The notes under the pieces: generated by a model | Told to the model about the DNA's origin: nothing | Seen by the model: the letters and a program-made list of their open reading frames with translations, nothing else | Databases searched by the model: none | NCBI GenBank assembly: GCA_030390025.1 | Contig: CM059432.1 | Coordinates: 20,214,001 to 20,278,000 of the forward strand | Source: Squalus acanthias | Lineage: Eukaryota | Direction of reading: 5' to 3' | DNA length: 64,000 nt | Shown here: positions 50,370 to 64,000 of the stretch, one piece after another | How positions within the stretch are numbered: position 1 is the stretch's first letter | How the letters are laid out: the number at the start of each line of letters is the position of its first letter | Position numbers and translations under genes: made by a program

Positions 50370-51429
50370 TATTGTGAGTCAACTTTGGAACAATAGCTCA
50401 AAATCCATGACATCTGAATCGTATGCACACACTTTTTTCCAATACTTCTGATCTCTCTATCCACTTTCTGGTATAAATGGGGAAAATTCAGAATAGTTAG
50501 CTGCATAATATTGAGGAACCACTTTTGCTTCAGTTCCACATTATAAATGGGATATTAGAACACTGCTCTTACCATTGCTGTTGGTCTGTATTATAAAGTG
50601 AATGTCCCCTGTCCATCTCCTTATTATGTCTGGAAACAGCAGGCATGCGATGACTAGGGATATCAACTTCATTTTCATGCTGTAAAGCAATCAATGTATG
50701 TATATTGTATTGAACCAAGCTAACAGCCAGGGAAAAGTCCCTCCCGAACAGAACCAGATTGTAGGATTGTGAGTGTGAGCAGCCCCTACCTTTTCAATTC
50801 CTCCCTCCATCATTGTCCGCAATGTTATTCCGCACTGGTTCCTCTGACAAGGTTCAAAGGACAACATCAACTGCAAGAGTGAAGTTCATGCGCTTTACCA
50901 ATATTATCTGAAGCCTGAGCTGCATTCCTGAAAAACCTATCTGCAGAAAAGTTCAGAGAGGTGCCGTCACACTTCAGTGTCAAAAATATATTAAAAAGAG
51001 AAAGACTGGCAGTCATTTCACGATTAGTTCACAAGATAACTATGGATGGGGAAGGTCATTTGACCCATCTTAGTTTATCCATTCAGAAAAAAACAAATTG
51101 CAACATCTGATTGTTTCTTAATAATTCCAGGGTTCTTGTCTCCACTACTCTATCTGGTAGTCAAGTACTGATCACTTTTTGTGTGAAGAACTTATTATTG
51201 ATAACAATCCTGAAGTTGCTTCAGACCAGTTTGAATCCGTGACCTCTTGTCCAAGACTTGCAATTTTGGCTCAGTAATTTTCTGGATTTATCTTTAAACT
51301 GGATGGTTGCTGTGGACGTGAAAGAGGTTCCACAGCAATTACAGCAAAACCTTAAGGCGTACCAGTGAAAATATAAATCAAAGTATAAGAAGTCCAAATC
51401 CAATGGTGGCCAGAAAAGAAATTAAAAAT

Positions 51430-52977
51430 GTTAATACATTAAATGGGAAAGGCAAAAAGCAGTGGAGCTGTGCTTTCATCAATGCAAGGAGTCTGACAAA
51501 TAAAATGTGTGACCAGGTAGGTCTTGCAGGGAGCAAAAGGACGAGACATCGTTAGTGTTAGCGACCAGGTGGAATCATTGCAGCTGAAGCACGGCTGCAG
51601 AAACGTTAAATATGTTTTTTTGCCTCACTTTTTACTAAGGAGGAGACAAGTAACTTACGTGTTCTGGAAAGGAACTAGAGAGTGTTGCAGAGACAAGCTG
51701 TGGCACTATTATACATTACTATCAACGTAGTTTCCAAACAGCTGTGGAAACTTAATCTCAGGGGTCGGATAAATTGAATCAGTGGATCCTTAAGGGATTA
51801 AGGGGGAATACAGAAGGAACTCTGCCACAGATCTTCCAGAAATCACTGAGTACTGGAGAGATGCCTGGAGACTCAAAACAGGCAGATGTTACTCCTATTT
51901 TTTTTTACAAAGGGTAACTAAACTGACCCAGAAAACTACAAACCAGTGAGTTTCTCATCCATTGTGAGTAAGGTTATGGAAACTCTTATTAAAGATTATC
52001 AATAGAACGAAGAGACCATACATAGAATGTTATCACGCTGGGGCATGTTACCACTGGTGTTCCGCAGTGGTCGGTTAAGGGACTTGTTTTGTTTAACAAC
52101 TTCATAAATGATCTGGAGCCAGGAGTCACAACGCAATAGGTACAAAACTAATGAAGGTGGTAGATTGCAAAGCTGAACAGGATAGGTTACAGGGGGATTT
52201 GAGCATACTGAGCCATCTGAGCCAACAACACTCAAGAAGCTCGACACCAACCAGGACAAAGCAGCCCGCTTGATTGGCATCCCATCCACCACCTTAAACA
52301 TTCACTCCCACCACCACCGGCACACCGTGGCTGCAGTGTGTACCATCTACAAAATGCACTGCAGCAACTCGTCAAGGATTCTTCGACAGCACCTCCCAAA
52401 TCCACGACCTCTACCACCTAGAAGGACAAGGGTAGCAGGCGCACATGGGAACACCACCACCTCCAAGTTCCCCTCCAAGTCACACACCACCCTGACTTGG
52501 AAATATATCACCGTTCCTTCATCGTCACTGGGTCAAAATCCTGGAACTCCCTCCCTAACAGCACTATGGGAGTACCTTCACCACACAGATGGCAGTGGTT
52601 CAAGAAGGTGGCTCACCACCACCTTCTCAAGGGCAATTCGGGATGGGCAATAAATGCTGGTCTTGCCAGCGATGCCCACAATCCAGGAACGAATAAGAAA
52701 AAATACTTGATAATTGGGCAGACAAATGGCAGATGAAATTCAATGTAGAGAAATGCAAAGTGCTTCAAAAAATCCAGGAAGGGATGATTATTTAAGTGGA
52801 AGAAAATAATATGTATGGAAAGGAAGAAGATCTGGGAGTGCTGATTGACAACAGATTGAAGCTATCACAACAATGCGCGGTAGCAGTAAGACAAACCAAA
52901 TATTGGGATGTATTAAAAGGTCAATATTGAGCCGTAATAGTGAGTTAATTCTGCCACTTTATAAAACACTGGTCCTA
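51430..52977 (+). mobile_element. Old, heavily deleted CR1 with a second-family LINE inserted at about 52218-52704
   Basis: aatgcaaggagt (NARS), aactacaaaccagtgagt, ggtgttccgcag and tggcagatgaaattcaatg remnants. Confidence 0.7.
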
Positions 52978-53109
52978 TAGTTTTCCGTCATTGGGGCTGT
53001 TGTAGACTAATTGATGAAGATTGATTGCCATGATTAGTCATCAACTCCATCATCATTGCATTATGCGACTACCAGGATGGTATAAGGCGAACAAGATAGA
53101 CCATGGTCG

Positions 53110-53900
53110 TTTTTCAACCAGCTATTCCTAGGTTCCTTTTCCATACTATTTACTATCTTACACATTCCTTTAAGACCACCCCTGAGATGCATCCTTTTAA
53201 CAACAACTTGTATTTATATAGCGCCTTTAACATAGAAAAACATCCCAACGCGCTTCACCGAGATATAATCAGAAAAAATTTCAAGGCGGGAAAGCCCAGG
53301 TTTCTCCAATCTTTTCTCATAAATCAAACCTCTGAGTCTATGGATCAGTCTGCTAGCTCTTCGCCACACTGCCTCCAGCAATTGAATGTCTCCCTCATGT
53401 CTCAGTGGCCAGAACCAGACACAGTACTCAAGTTGTGGTCTTACCAGAGCACGATACAGTTTGAGCACGGCTTCTACTGACGTTACTGTCTTGGCTATCT
53501 CATTCAGTGTTTCAATGATTGCTGCGCTGCATTAGTTGGTCATGTTTAGCAGTGAGTCTACTCGGACTCCTCACTCTCTTTCAACTTCATCGATTTCAAG
53601 TCCATTCATGCAGTGTGTGTGTCACACATTTTCCTTCCTAATTTGCATTTGCCTGCATTAAATTTAATTGTTCATCCATTCAAATATTTGTTTCACTCAT
53701 TTTGTAATTTATGGGCCACCTCCTTTAATTGCACTGCCCGGCCTGGTTTGCTGTTGTCTGTAAATTTGACCAATTTGCTTGAGTTTCTGAATCGAAGTCA
53801 TGAGAAACTGCAGTGGTCCCAGAAACACTTTCTGGGGCACCCCACTCAGCACCGCTTCTCAAATCGGTACCCTTCGGGCAATTTCTTATCCATTCCTAAG
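53110..53900 (-). mobile_element. Old CR1 fragment with a small L2 tail insert
   Basis: [18 protein letters not shown] in ORF 53214-53468. Confidence 0.65.
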
Positions 53901-55813
53901 ATTTAACATTCATTTTGCATAGCTTATTATATTGCGGGAGCACAGGTCAGCTCCTGCAGTTATCCTCCTATATTAAGGAAGATTCAGTAGGCTGGAGGTC
54001 CAAGCCCTCAGGCGAACCTTGAGCTCAAAACTTTCTGGACCAAAGGTAAGAATTGATACAACTACTGAGAACTGTAGCTAAAAGGTTTCCTTCAGGCTGG
54101 CGGAGAGTTTAGTTTGAGTTCTCATGAGGATTAAATAACGGTTAATTTCAGCTTTATACAATGTGGTTTTCCAGTTCTTAGCCAGGTTGCAAGGTCAGAA
54201 AAGATCTCCTTTTTGAGGAAAAATTAACACTGCATCCACTACACTCCATATGCACAGCAACCGACAGCTGAATGACAGAGCAGCACAGTGTAATCCTCTA
54301 AAATGGAAACTAAATCCATGACCTGAGTGCAGCAAACATTTATTGAGTGATACTGTGTCCTTGATACGTCCACAAGTCAGACGAGGCAATCTGATATTCC
54401 CAGTCATCAAAACACTTGGGCAAGAGAATGGTCTTATTTTCCACTATGTTGAAATCCATGTTTGAATTTGAACAGGATTCTTGGCTCCTCTGGAGCGCTC
54501 GCAGTAACCACAGATTCAATCATTTATAACTGTGTAATGCAAGATCTTGCCCCAATCTCAGTAACCTGGGCTTCACTAGCAGAAGCCAAGGAAACCTAGT
54601 GCTGGAGATTCAGTAAAACACACTTCACTCAGCATATACTGTGAACAAGATCATGGAATTCTCAGGGGCTAGCCCAAGGCTTCAAATGTCTGTAAAGTAA
54701 GCGTCGATAGTATACGAGGCGTCGAGCTAGAGAGATCAATTAGGACATGGCATTAAGCTGACCAGAAAGTTGCTAGGAAAGCAACTGTTTTTCAAGATTG
54801 AGTGTTTCAATCGTTCTTCAGAGTTACAAAGAACTGTGCTTCTTGTCCCTTCAGTTTACTTTTGTTTCATTGTCCTCACTGCCTCTCCTGAAAGAGCAGG
54901 CTCCAGGGTACTCTTCCATACCTTGCCCAAGCAGCTATTTTTCTGAGTATAGACGGCGAGAGTTGACAGATTATTCAACTGTGGAGGCATCACGGTTGAG
55001 TTCACCCGTCCTTACTCGGTGCCCATATATTTGCACTTTCTCGCATGGCTCGTGGTTAGTAGCAGAAACCATGGCTGATTTTGCCCTTCCGAACCCGGCG
55101 ATACAGAAACCAACTTATGTTTCTCCGCTGCAATCTCGGACGCGATCAGTTAACTCAGTCAATGGTCCCTTTCATTTTTTTTTGGGAGGGGGGTTGCATG
55201 GGCTCTTTAAAGAGCTGCTCGGCCCATGGTTTTTCCTATTTAAAAGCCGGTGAGCCGGCTGCGCAGGAACTGCAGCTTAAAGGGAACATTGAACTCAGCA
55301 CATGCCAGGAATCAAACTTGGGACCTTCCTGACCTGTACAGTTCCGTATAGCTCCACTTATTCACATACTGTATGGGGAGCCCGACAAAGAACTGTAATT
55401 GAAGGGAATCAACACTTTGGCAGGTAAAGTAGTTTCAATATAAAACACCCCACTCCTATAATTTACATGGCAATGCAAAGGAAATGAATTAGCACCAGCA
55501 GATGCAATGACTAATCCTGGGCACTTCCACAATAGGTTTTTATTTTAGTTCAGCTCTCAGTTACTCGTGTGCTCAACGTCTCCTCAAAGTCAATCTTCCT
55601 TGATGAGGTTGTCTGCATTCACGATTTAAATATGAAAATAGAAATCAGGAACAGGAGGACCACAAATCATAATTCTTTCAATGATTTGAATTTAACAGGG
55701 GATTTGTAGCAAATGGGGGAAAATCCATTCAGAAGCTATAGTATATGTGGCCTGGGAGGCACGAATAGGCGTATTTGGTCGAATGGCCTTATTTTCCTTT
55801 TCCTAAAACTGGT

Positions 55814-56431
55814 GGGCTGAAATTTCGGAGTACGCCTCCGACCCAAAAAAAATACAAAAGTACCCGGTGGCTCTGGAGACTTTGGGTCCTGGGCCTCCAG
55901 GCGTAGGCCTGCGTAAAGGCCCCCGGATTCCGGGGACGCAGGCGGTTCGGAAGCGTCCCTGGGATCACGTGGGCCAGGCCAACCAATTGGAACAGAATCC
56001 CCATAAGCTTATGAGAAATCCCCAAATAAATAAATAATCAACACAATTCTAATAAAAATAGATATTCCCATGTTCAAAATTAATTAAAAGTCCCTTTGAT
56101 TAAGCATTTAAAATAAAAAGTTAATTTTTTTGAAAAATATTATGTTTTAATCATTTTTAAAATTGGAATTTAACATTTATTTTAACCCTTACCCTGGTAA
56201 AAGCAGGCCCAACGCCTGCTTTTGCCAGGCGTAAGGGCTTCGTGGGCATTCGCTGGGCAGTTGTTGGGCAAATAGCCGAACTCTGCGCCAGCTAAAGTGT
56301 TTTTTGGCGCGCACGCGGACAATTGTCGAGGAGAAACTTGACAGATCGCAAGTTCCAGGATCCACCCATGCGGGGCCATTCTGAGGGCTTACGATGGCGT
56401 ACACCATCATCAGCCCCGCAAAATCCGAGCC
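55814..56431. mobile_element. Harbinger-like MITE with an AT-rich core
   Basis: Ends gggctgaaatttcgg / cgcaaaatccgagcc; homologous to 28685-29789 and to a remnant near 21090-21420. Confidence 0.6.
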
Positions 56432-57444
56432 AGTCTATTCTTATCTAAGCGAGTTATATATTCGGCCTTTTCATGACAGCTGAATAAACATTCCAGTATT
56501 AGTAAATGTCCCATTGGACAAGCAGACAAAAATCACAATTAAAAAAGTATCAGTTTCCTCAATATTTTAATACAAGCTGGGATAAATCAATAATAAGGCT
56601 GTCAATTCAATTTAATAAGATGAAGTAATTGAATTGCTGCAGTAGGGAAACTGGAAATAGTCAACTATATCTCACTGTAGTCAATAAAACAATTCATAGA
56701 TGAATATATGGCAGCAGGCAAAAGATTAATTAGAGGTCAGTAAATTAATCTATTACCCATTATGCGCCATTCTGCAGCTGATGTCACTTTTTGCACCAAA
56801 ATAAGCCAGTACGTTGAAAGGTATCTTAAAGGGGCCATGTCAACAGCGCCCTTGATTACCCAGTGTGGAACTAAGCCATATTCTAATGCTCCCATCATGT
56901 TTCAGTTGGCAAGTGCCCAATGTGGAACTGAACCAGATAGATCACAAAGGTCCCGTGTTTGTTCTGTGGTCTGTGCGGAATTTTCTAATCTTAACTGGTG
57001 CAGGAAAAGGATATGATACTTTGTCACTGACTGCCCTCCAAGTCAAGAACAAGAGCCTCGTCTCCCTGTCAGGTCATTGTGACCTTCCAGGATTAGGCAC
57101 CTCGAGCACAATGGAACAAGGACAGGTCACCTTATTGACAGCCCTGTGTCAAGCAGCAACTCAGCCATCAACATGACGAGCTGCAAATTACTCAACAAGT
57201 GCAAATAAAGTCCAAACTGATTGTGTGTGGAGTCACAGGGAGTAATGACTGCTGCTTTAATAAATGATTCCAATCAGCAGACACCTTCAAGTTTGTAAAT
57301 TCAGCATTCAAACCCTGCAGCCCACCAACAGGGGAGTTATTAGCTTCTCAAATGGCTGATGCAAATGACCGGCTGAAATCTAGAAAGGTTACATGGGTAG
57401 GGTCTGGTCACAGGATCAGTTGCTAAATGATTGAGCTTTAAGGT

Positions 57445-57815
57445 TTTTTTTATTAGTTCCTGGGATGTGGGCGTCGCTGGCAAGGCCAGCATTTATTGCC
57501 CATCCCTAATTACCCTTGAGAAGGTGGTGGTGAGCCGCCTTCTTGAACCGCTGCAGTCCGTGTAGTGAAGGTACTCCCACAGTGCTGTTAGGGAGGGAGT
57601 TCCAGGATTTTGACCCAGCGATGATGAAGGATCGGCGATACACTTCCAAGTCAAGATGGTGTGTGACTTGGAGGGGAACTTGGAGGTGCTGGTGTTCCCA
57701 TGCGCCTGCTGCCCTTGTCCTTCTAGATGGAAGAGGTCGCGGGTGGTGCTGCTGAAGAAGCCTTGGCGAGTTGCTGCAGTGCATCTTGTAGATGGTACAC
57801 ACTGCAGCCACGGTA
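57445..57815 (-). mobile_element. Second-family LINE 3' end
   Basis: Near-identical to 1815-2195. Confidence 0.85.
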
Positions 57816-57819
57816 CGGC

Positions 57820-58445
57820 GGTTAGCTGTGGCTCAGTGGACAGCACTCTCACCTCGGAGTCAGAAGGTCGTGGGTTAGAAGCATAGAAGATAGGAGCAGG
57901 AGTAGGCCATTCGGCCCCTCGAGTCTGCTCCGCCATTTAATGAGATCATGGCTGATCATCCAAATTCAGTACCCTGTCCCTGCTTTCTCCCCATATCCCT
58001 TGATCCCTTTAGCCTTAAGAAATATATCTATCTCCTTCTTGAATATAGAATATAGCCCCACTCCAGAGAATTGAGCACAAAACCTAGGCTGACACTCCAG
58101 CGCAGTACTGAGGGAGTGCTGCACTGTCGGAGGTGACATCTTTCGGATGGGATGTTAAAACAAGGTCCCGTCTGCCCTCTCAAGATCCCATGGCACTATT
58201 TTGAAGAAGAATAGGGAAATTCTCCCAGGTGTCCTGGCCAATATTTACCCCTTAACCAACACCTAAAAACAGATTATCTAGTGATTATCACGTTGCTTTT
58301 TTGTGGGATCTTGCTGTGCGCAAATTGGCTGTCACGTTTCTTACATTACAACAGTGACTGCACTTCAAAAAATGACTTAATTGGCTGTAAAGCGCTTTGG
58401 GACGTCCTCTGGTTATGAAAGGCGCTACATAAATGCAAGTTCTTT
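57820..58445 (+). mobile_element. tRNA-headed SINE with an L2-type tail (DeuSINE/SacSINE1-like), interrupted by a CR1 3' end (about 57877-58050, minus)
   Basis: A-box tggctcagtgg; B-box split by the insertion; core gtcctggccaatatttacccc; tail aaagcgctttgggacgtcc...aaggcgctacataaatgcaag. Confidence 0.72.
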
Positions 58446-59221
58446 CGTTCTTTCTTTTAAAAGGTTTACTGAAGATGAAGCTAAAAGCAGCATTTCAAAT
58501 AAGGAGAAAGAAAAACTGATGCACAATGATACACCACCCAGGGGGTCACACAATTTCTTACAGGGCATTTATATTCAAATTTGGCAACAAACTAAGCAAA
58601 GTGGTGCTGGTGACATCAAAGGCGAGATTTGCCAAAATCAACCAAAAGTTGACCTGTTGACAACCTGAATACAAAGCAGCTTACCGTCAGACATGGTCAT
58701 CCATTTTGCCTGCTGGGAGCTGAGCGTCTAAAGCATGTGTGTCCATGCCAACCCATACAGGCCAGCCAAGCTGTTTTGCTGCTGCTGATCTCTACAGACC
58801 TTCCCAGTTACTGGGGAAGGTACAGGCCCCAGCAAAACAGTCTCTGTTTGGAACAGTTACAATTCAGTTATTCTCCCTCTCTCTCCATGTTCACCCCAGT
58901 ACCTGTAGGCAGACCCATGTGTCCTGTGATCCGAAACTATGACATTTTTGAATGCTACGAGTGGGAGTAATGATATTTCACACCAGAGGAGGCATGGGCT
59001 GCTCGACAAGCACGACCGTCATGTCCAAGGGTGGAAAATAACATGCTGTCAGAATGCATCTTTCAATCTAAAATTCGGAAGTGGATTTTATGTGCAAGAT
59101 ATTTATAATTAGACAGAAGCAAAAGTAATACAGCAGAATAATCATCAATTCAAATACTTAATTACACATATTTTAAACTGTCTCAAAAATAAGGCAATCT
59201 TGAGTTCTTTTAACAAGCGTT

Positions 59222-59615
59222 AAGCTTGGCTCGCTGGTAGCACTCTCCCCTCTTGGTCACAAGATCGTGGGTTCAAGCCCCACTCTTGAAACCTGAGCAC
59301 ATAATCTAGGCTGATTGATATAGCAGTGCAGTGCTGAGGGAGTACTGTAGTGTGGTGCCATCTTTCTGGACGCAGAACGATCCCACGGCATTATTCAAGA
59401 AGAGGAGGGGAGTTCTCCAAGTGTCCTGCCCAACATTTATCCCTCAACCAACAGCACCAAATAAGACAGATTAAATGGTCATTCATTTCCTTGCTGCTTG
59501 TGGGTCCTTGCTGCGTGCAAATTGGCTGCCACACTTGTCTACAAGACAAGAGTGTGAAGCATTTTGCGACATCCTGAGGATGTGAAAGATGCTCCATAAA
59601 TGCAAGTTCTTTCTT
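59222..59615 (+). mobile_element. Second, older copy of the same SINE
   Basis: tggctcgctggtagcactc..gggttcaagccccac; same core and tail. Confidence 0.68.
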
Positions 59616-59664
59616 CAACTGAGGCTTGTTTCCGTCCCATCTCAACGCCATGATGTAGAAATAA

Positions 59665-59915
59665 ACAACAACAACAACTTGCATTTATATAGCGCCTTTA
59701 ACATAGTAAAACATCCTAAGGCGCTTCACAGGGGCGCGATCAAACAAAATTTGACACCGAGCCACATAAGGAGATATTAGGGCAGATGACCAAAAGCTTG
59801 GTCAAACAGGTAGGTTTTAAGGAGCGTCTTAAAGGAGGAAAGAGAGGTAGAGAGGCAGAAAGGTTTAGGGAGGGAATTCCAGAGCTTAGGACCTTGGCAG
59901 CACTGCCAATGGTGA
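59665..59915 (-). mobile_element. L2 3' end
   Basis: LWNSLPK..SFKTLLKTYLFDQAF; (aac)n tail. Confidence 0.8.
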
Positions 59916-60902
59916 AACAAGGGAAAACGAAAAGTACGGAAAATGAGCAGGCTATTGATACTCCAGATCAAAAGCAGTCCTTTAACATTCGCATGTTCCC
60001 TTGATTCTCCCTCAATTAGCCAGTAATTATATTAAAATTATACTAATTATTTCCATCACTCAGGATGGAGTGTAGACAGTAGCCGCTTCACTGACTAGAG
60101 GATTGTTTAATAAGCCAGATCTTAAACACAACCTATTGAAATTTCAGTCTGACGTGACATGCCTTTAATGGTTGCGGTAATCACAGACAACAATTTCCAT
60201 CTACCACCATTGGCAAATTTGCACACTTATTTTAGCAGCCTGAGGGACCAGCCAAGAAACTTGATCTGATTTGATTTTGGTTACTTGAAGCCCTATTAAC
60301 AGTGACAGGCTGCCTCCTCTTGAAACAAGCAGCTATCTCCAGACAGTATTTCTATATTTGTCTCAGATTTCCCCACACAAAGACAAAATTATTCTTTTCA
60401 GAGCTCAGCAAAGAGCATCTCATTTTCAATTTACAACACATTGGCAAAAACAATAATGATACAACACAGGTAGTTTACTATTGGAAGCAAGACTGAGCTC
60501 TGCTCAAGTCATGGTCACTTTAAAACACCTGATTGCAGGGTTGTTTTCAAGTGGACCTGTCTGCTACAGGAACCAGCCTGCTATCAAATGCAACAGCTTC
60601 GAAAGCAGCAGGAGAGCAACCAGCATTGCTGAATTTCTTCAGGAAGTACTTCCTACAACAATAATGTCCCTAAAGCAAGGAATAATCAAGCGTGGCAGTA
60701 AGGACAGCACCCGACTTGAAAGAAGGAAGTCCGGTGGGAGCAGAAGATATATGAGCGGGCGGGGAGAGCAGGGACATGGAGATCACTCATCAGTGTAGGG
60801 AAAGAAAGAAAGCAGAGCTGTAAGTACTATCAGCAGAGGAGGGTTCTGGGCTTCAGAGCACATAGAAATTTGAAGGCAGTGATCAGGCTGATCGGGAAAC
60901 AT

Positions 60903-62240
60903 ACAACAACTTGCATTTATATAGCACCTATAACATAGAAAAGCACCCCAGCATGCCTTACAGAGGTGTAATCAGAAAGAAAAGCTGAGGAAAAGGAGAT
61001 ACTAGTAGGGGTGGCCAAAAGCTTGGTCAAAGAGGCGGGTTTTAAAGGTGGTCTTAATGGAGGAGAGGTGAAGATGTGGTGCGGCTCAAGCAACGAGTGT
61101 AGCGCCTCGATGGCTGCAGTGACTGCCTATTATGGTGGGGCAAATGAATGGGGGTCACACAAATGGCCAGAGTCAAGGAACAAGAAGTTCAGGGGTGGGA
61201 AGGGAGGGTTGTAAGGCAGGAGAATGTTAAGAGATAAGGATTAGTGAGACCATGAAGGAATATAAACATGAGGATGATAATTTTAAATTGGATGCATTGG
61301 GGGAATCGGGAACCAATGTAGGTCAATAAGGCAGGGGTGATGGGTGAGCAGAATAGGATACGGGCAGCAGAGTTGTGGATGAGCTAAAGTTTCCAGAGTC
61401 AACTATTCCATTGCTCTCGAGGCTGGCCACGAGAGCAATGGAATAGTTGAGTATGGAGGTGACAAAAGGAATGGATGAGGGCTTCAGCAAAAGATGGGCT
61501 GGGGCAGGACAGAGGTGGGCGATATTACAGAGGTGGAAGTAGACAGTCCTTGTGATGGAGAGGATACGAGGTTGGAAGTTCAGCTCAGGTTGAAATAGGT
61601 TTCCGAGGTTGCAAAGAGTCTGGTTCAGCCTGGGACAACGTTCAGGAATGGGAATGGAATCAGTGGCGAGTGCGGATTTCGTGTCAGGAGCTGAAGATGA
61701 TGCCTTCGGTCTTCCCAATGTTTAAATGTTGGAAATTGTGGCTTATCCAAGACTAGATGCAGATAGATGTTTGGGGGACTCTAGAGGTAGGGATGCAGGG
61801 GCTGTGGCTGGATAGATAAGTGTGGAACCAAGCAAGGGCAAGTTGGAGATGGAGCGGTAGATAACAAAGACAAGGGGGGTCGAGGGTGGGTATTTTTAAG
61901 GAGGGGGTGATTGATAGTGGTTTTGTAAGGGAGGGTGACAGTACATGAAGAGAAGGAACCATATATATTATGAGCTAGCATAGGAGCCAGGAAGCAAAGG
62001 TGGATGGTAAACAGTTTAGTAGGAATGAGCATACAATAGCAGAAGGTGGACTTTGTGGATAAGGTGAGCTTGGAGAGGGCGTGACAGGAGATGGGAGAGA
62101 AAATAGAGGAAGAAGCAGGATCAAGGATAGGGTGGGTGGACCCAGGTTTGGTTTGGCTTGGTAGGCAAGGGGAAGGGGGGAAGCAAAGAGAGTGCTCAGC
62201 AGATGGTCTTAATCTTAATAACAAAGAAGTCCATGAGTTG
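60903..62240 (-). mobile_element. Degenerate L2 LINE
   Basis: Reverse complement resembles 43325-44590. Confidence 0.75.
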
Positions 62241-63099
62241 CTCATGTGGAAGTGCAGTTTACTTTTAAGACACAAACAAAATGGCTTCTCTGAGAAAAGA
62301 ATTTAAAAAGGGAATTCAAAATGGCCGACAGTAGGAGTCACCATAATAAGTAAATCATTCTAATTAGCTACAAGGAGGTGACAACTCAGAATTCCTTATC
62401 TAAGAAAAGCTTAGCAAAATAAGGCATCAATTAGTTCTAACCAGCTCAGGATGAGATAAGGTAAGCCATCAACCCACAGATTAGAGAATGAACATTGAAC
62501 AAACGGATCCCACAAGGAAGGTCTGGTTATCTGATCTTTAAGGAATTTCTGCTCATTATTATAACGAAAACCTATGCAATAACTCACAAGTTTGTGCCTC
62601 ATTAATAGGATGTTTAATGCTATGTCATATGGCCTGTTCTGTGTTCTTTTTGTATAAAGTATGTTCAAATCTTGTAAGATTTGAAGCATTCTGACATAGC
62701 AACTTGACTGTGTCAGAACCTTCCCTTGTAACAAGTAAACTTTATTAAAAAGCCTTCTTTGACACGATTCTATGTTTAAGAAAGAGCTCTACTCGGCATG
62801 TAAAACTTCCACACTCACTTTAGTTGTTGGAGGTGAGGGTGGAAGGGGTAGGGGAAAGGAATTTAAGAAGCTAGCTAGTAGTGCAGTTTAAAAAAAGGTC
62901 AAAACATTTGGTTATTAACAATACAATTAAATGCCATGATGAAAGAGTTAACATACTAAAGGGATGAATTTTGATGGGCTTTTTCTTATCCCTGACTTTA
63001 AAGAAATATTTGCATTTATATTACATCTTATCACTATCAAAATGCTTCATATGACGAATAACTTTTGGAGTGCAGTGACTGGTATTAAATGGGGAAACA

Positions 63100-63452
63100 A
63101 TGGCCCTGATCTTTACTGGGGCGGGATTTCCAAGTCTGAGGGGGGCGGGCGGGGGAATTTTGGTCGGAGTATTTTTTTCCCAACAGGATCCCTGCCCGGA
63201 AGCCAGCCTGATTTGACAGGCTTGGCTCCGTGACGGGCAGGGAAGACTGCAGAAGAGGCCACAACCCAGGAGCAGGTAGCTTTGCTGCTGCTCAGGGTAG
63301 AGATCGCCCGGGGGTGGGTACAGCACGGCTTGGAGGGTCGGGGGGTGATCGCAGGAAGCCGGAAAGAGATCGGGGCAGAGGTTGGGGGTGATCGCGGGGG
63401 TTTGGAGAGAGATCGGGGAGCAGAGATGGGAGTGATCGCAGGGGGTTCGTCC
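63100..63452. mobile_element. Harbinger-like MITE left part with a ~41-bp internal tandem repeat
   Basis: Starts ggccctgatcttt; the unit ggggtgatcgc...agagatcgggg(a)gcagag occurs about 2.5 times at 63340-63448. Confidence 0.45.
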
Positions 63453-64000
63453 AAATAAATCCATATATAGAAGAAAATATTTAGTAGTTTGATGAACCAC
63501 TTAACACCTACTCATAAAAAAGAACAGACATATGGTTAGCTTGACAAATGCTGAGAGCTCTGCGTTTAGGATTAAAAGCAAGAGATTCTAATTGTTTTTC
63601 TGAAACGCGTTAGTTTAACAGAGATCAAGCACCATCAGAAGGCTTCTGGGATGTGCATTCTGTATACTATGTATGATAAAAACATACAGTGAAATGAAAA
63701 TGAGCACCTTTTGTATATATTCCAGCAGACCACAAGTTATTACATTATGCCATGATTCACACTGGCAGACTCTCTCTTATTAGTAATTCTGCAGATGTGT
63801 AGTGCAAGTTTCTGCAGTTCTAAAGAACATAATCTGCAAATCACAGCAGGCAGCTGTACCTAATGTAACTGGCTATATGGACCATCATCTGCTGTATAAT
63901 TGAGAACATCGCCCATAGACACATAGACAATTACGCTGCATGGCTCCAGAATTACTGGGGAAAATCACAGACAAATCCCTTGTACAAGGATGAAACTGAA

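Noticed and set aside
58686..58731. Small minus-strand exon candidate with ATGs and a gtaagc donor
   Set aside because: Weak acceptor and no homology support.

Overview
Eukaryotic vertebrate DNA, very likely a cartilaginous fish (shark); this is inferred from the repeat content. Most of the window is intronic and packed with nested retroelements (CR1, L2, a second LINE family, SINEs, two Penelope-like families) and DNA-transposon MITEs (PIF/Harbinger-like, Tigger/pogo-like). Nearly all ORFs in the track are repeat-derived or spurious. The host gene I recognise is TSNARE1 (syntaxin-7/12-like t-SNARE) on the minus strand: two phase-compatible coding exons at 17263-17186 and 10692-10623. Its first and later exons were not found here. 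Highlights: (1) a Tigger/pogo-type MITE (49909-50369) carrying a captured genomic piece of BAZ1A (PHD-finger exon part, splice donor and probable intron), with a sibling element (19134-19505) that has the same ends but a different interior, i.e. a candidate Pack-type gene-capturing family; (2) a young Penelope-like family with intact minimal hammerhead ribozymes, including a 94-bp perfect palindrome holding two opposed ribozymes; (3) a dense array of hairpins inside a Harbinger-like MITE (8899-9132); (4) a decayed Harbinger Myb/SANT exon at the TSNARE1 locus. Repeat boundaries are approximate unless a TSD or TIR is quoted. No database search was run.
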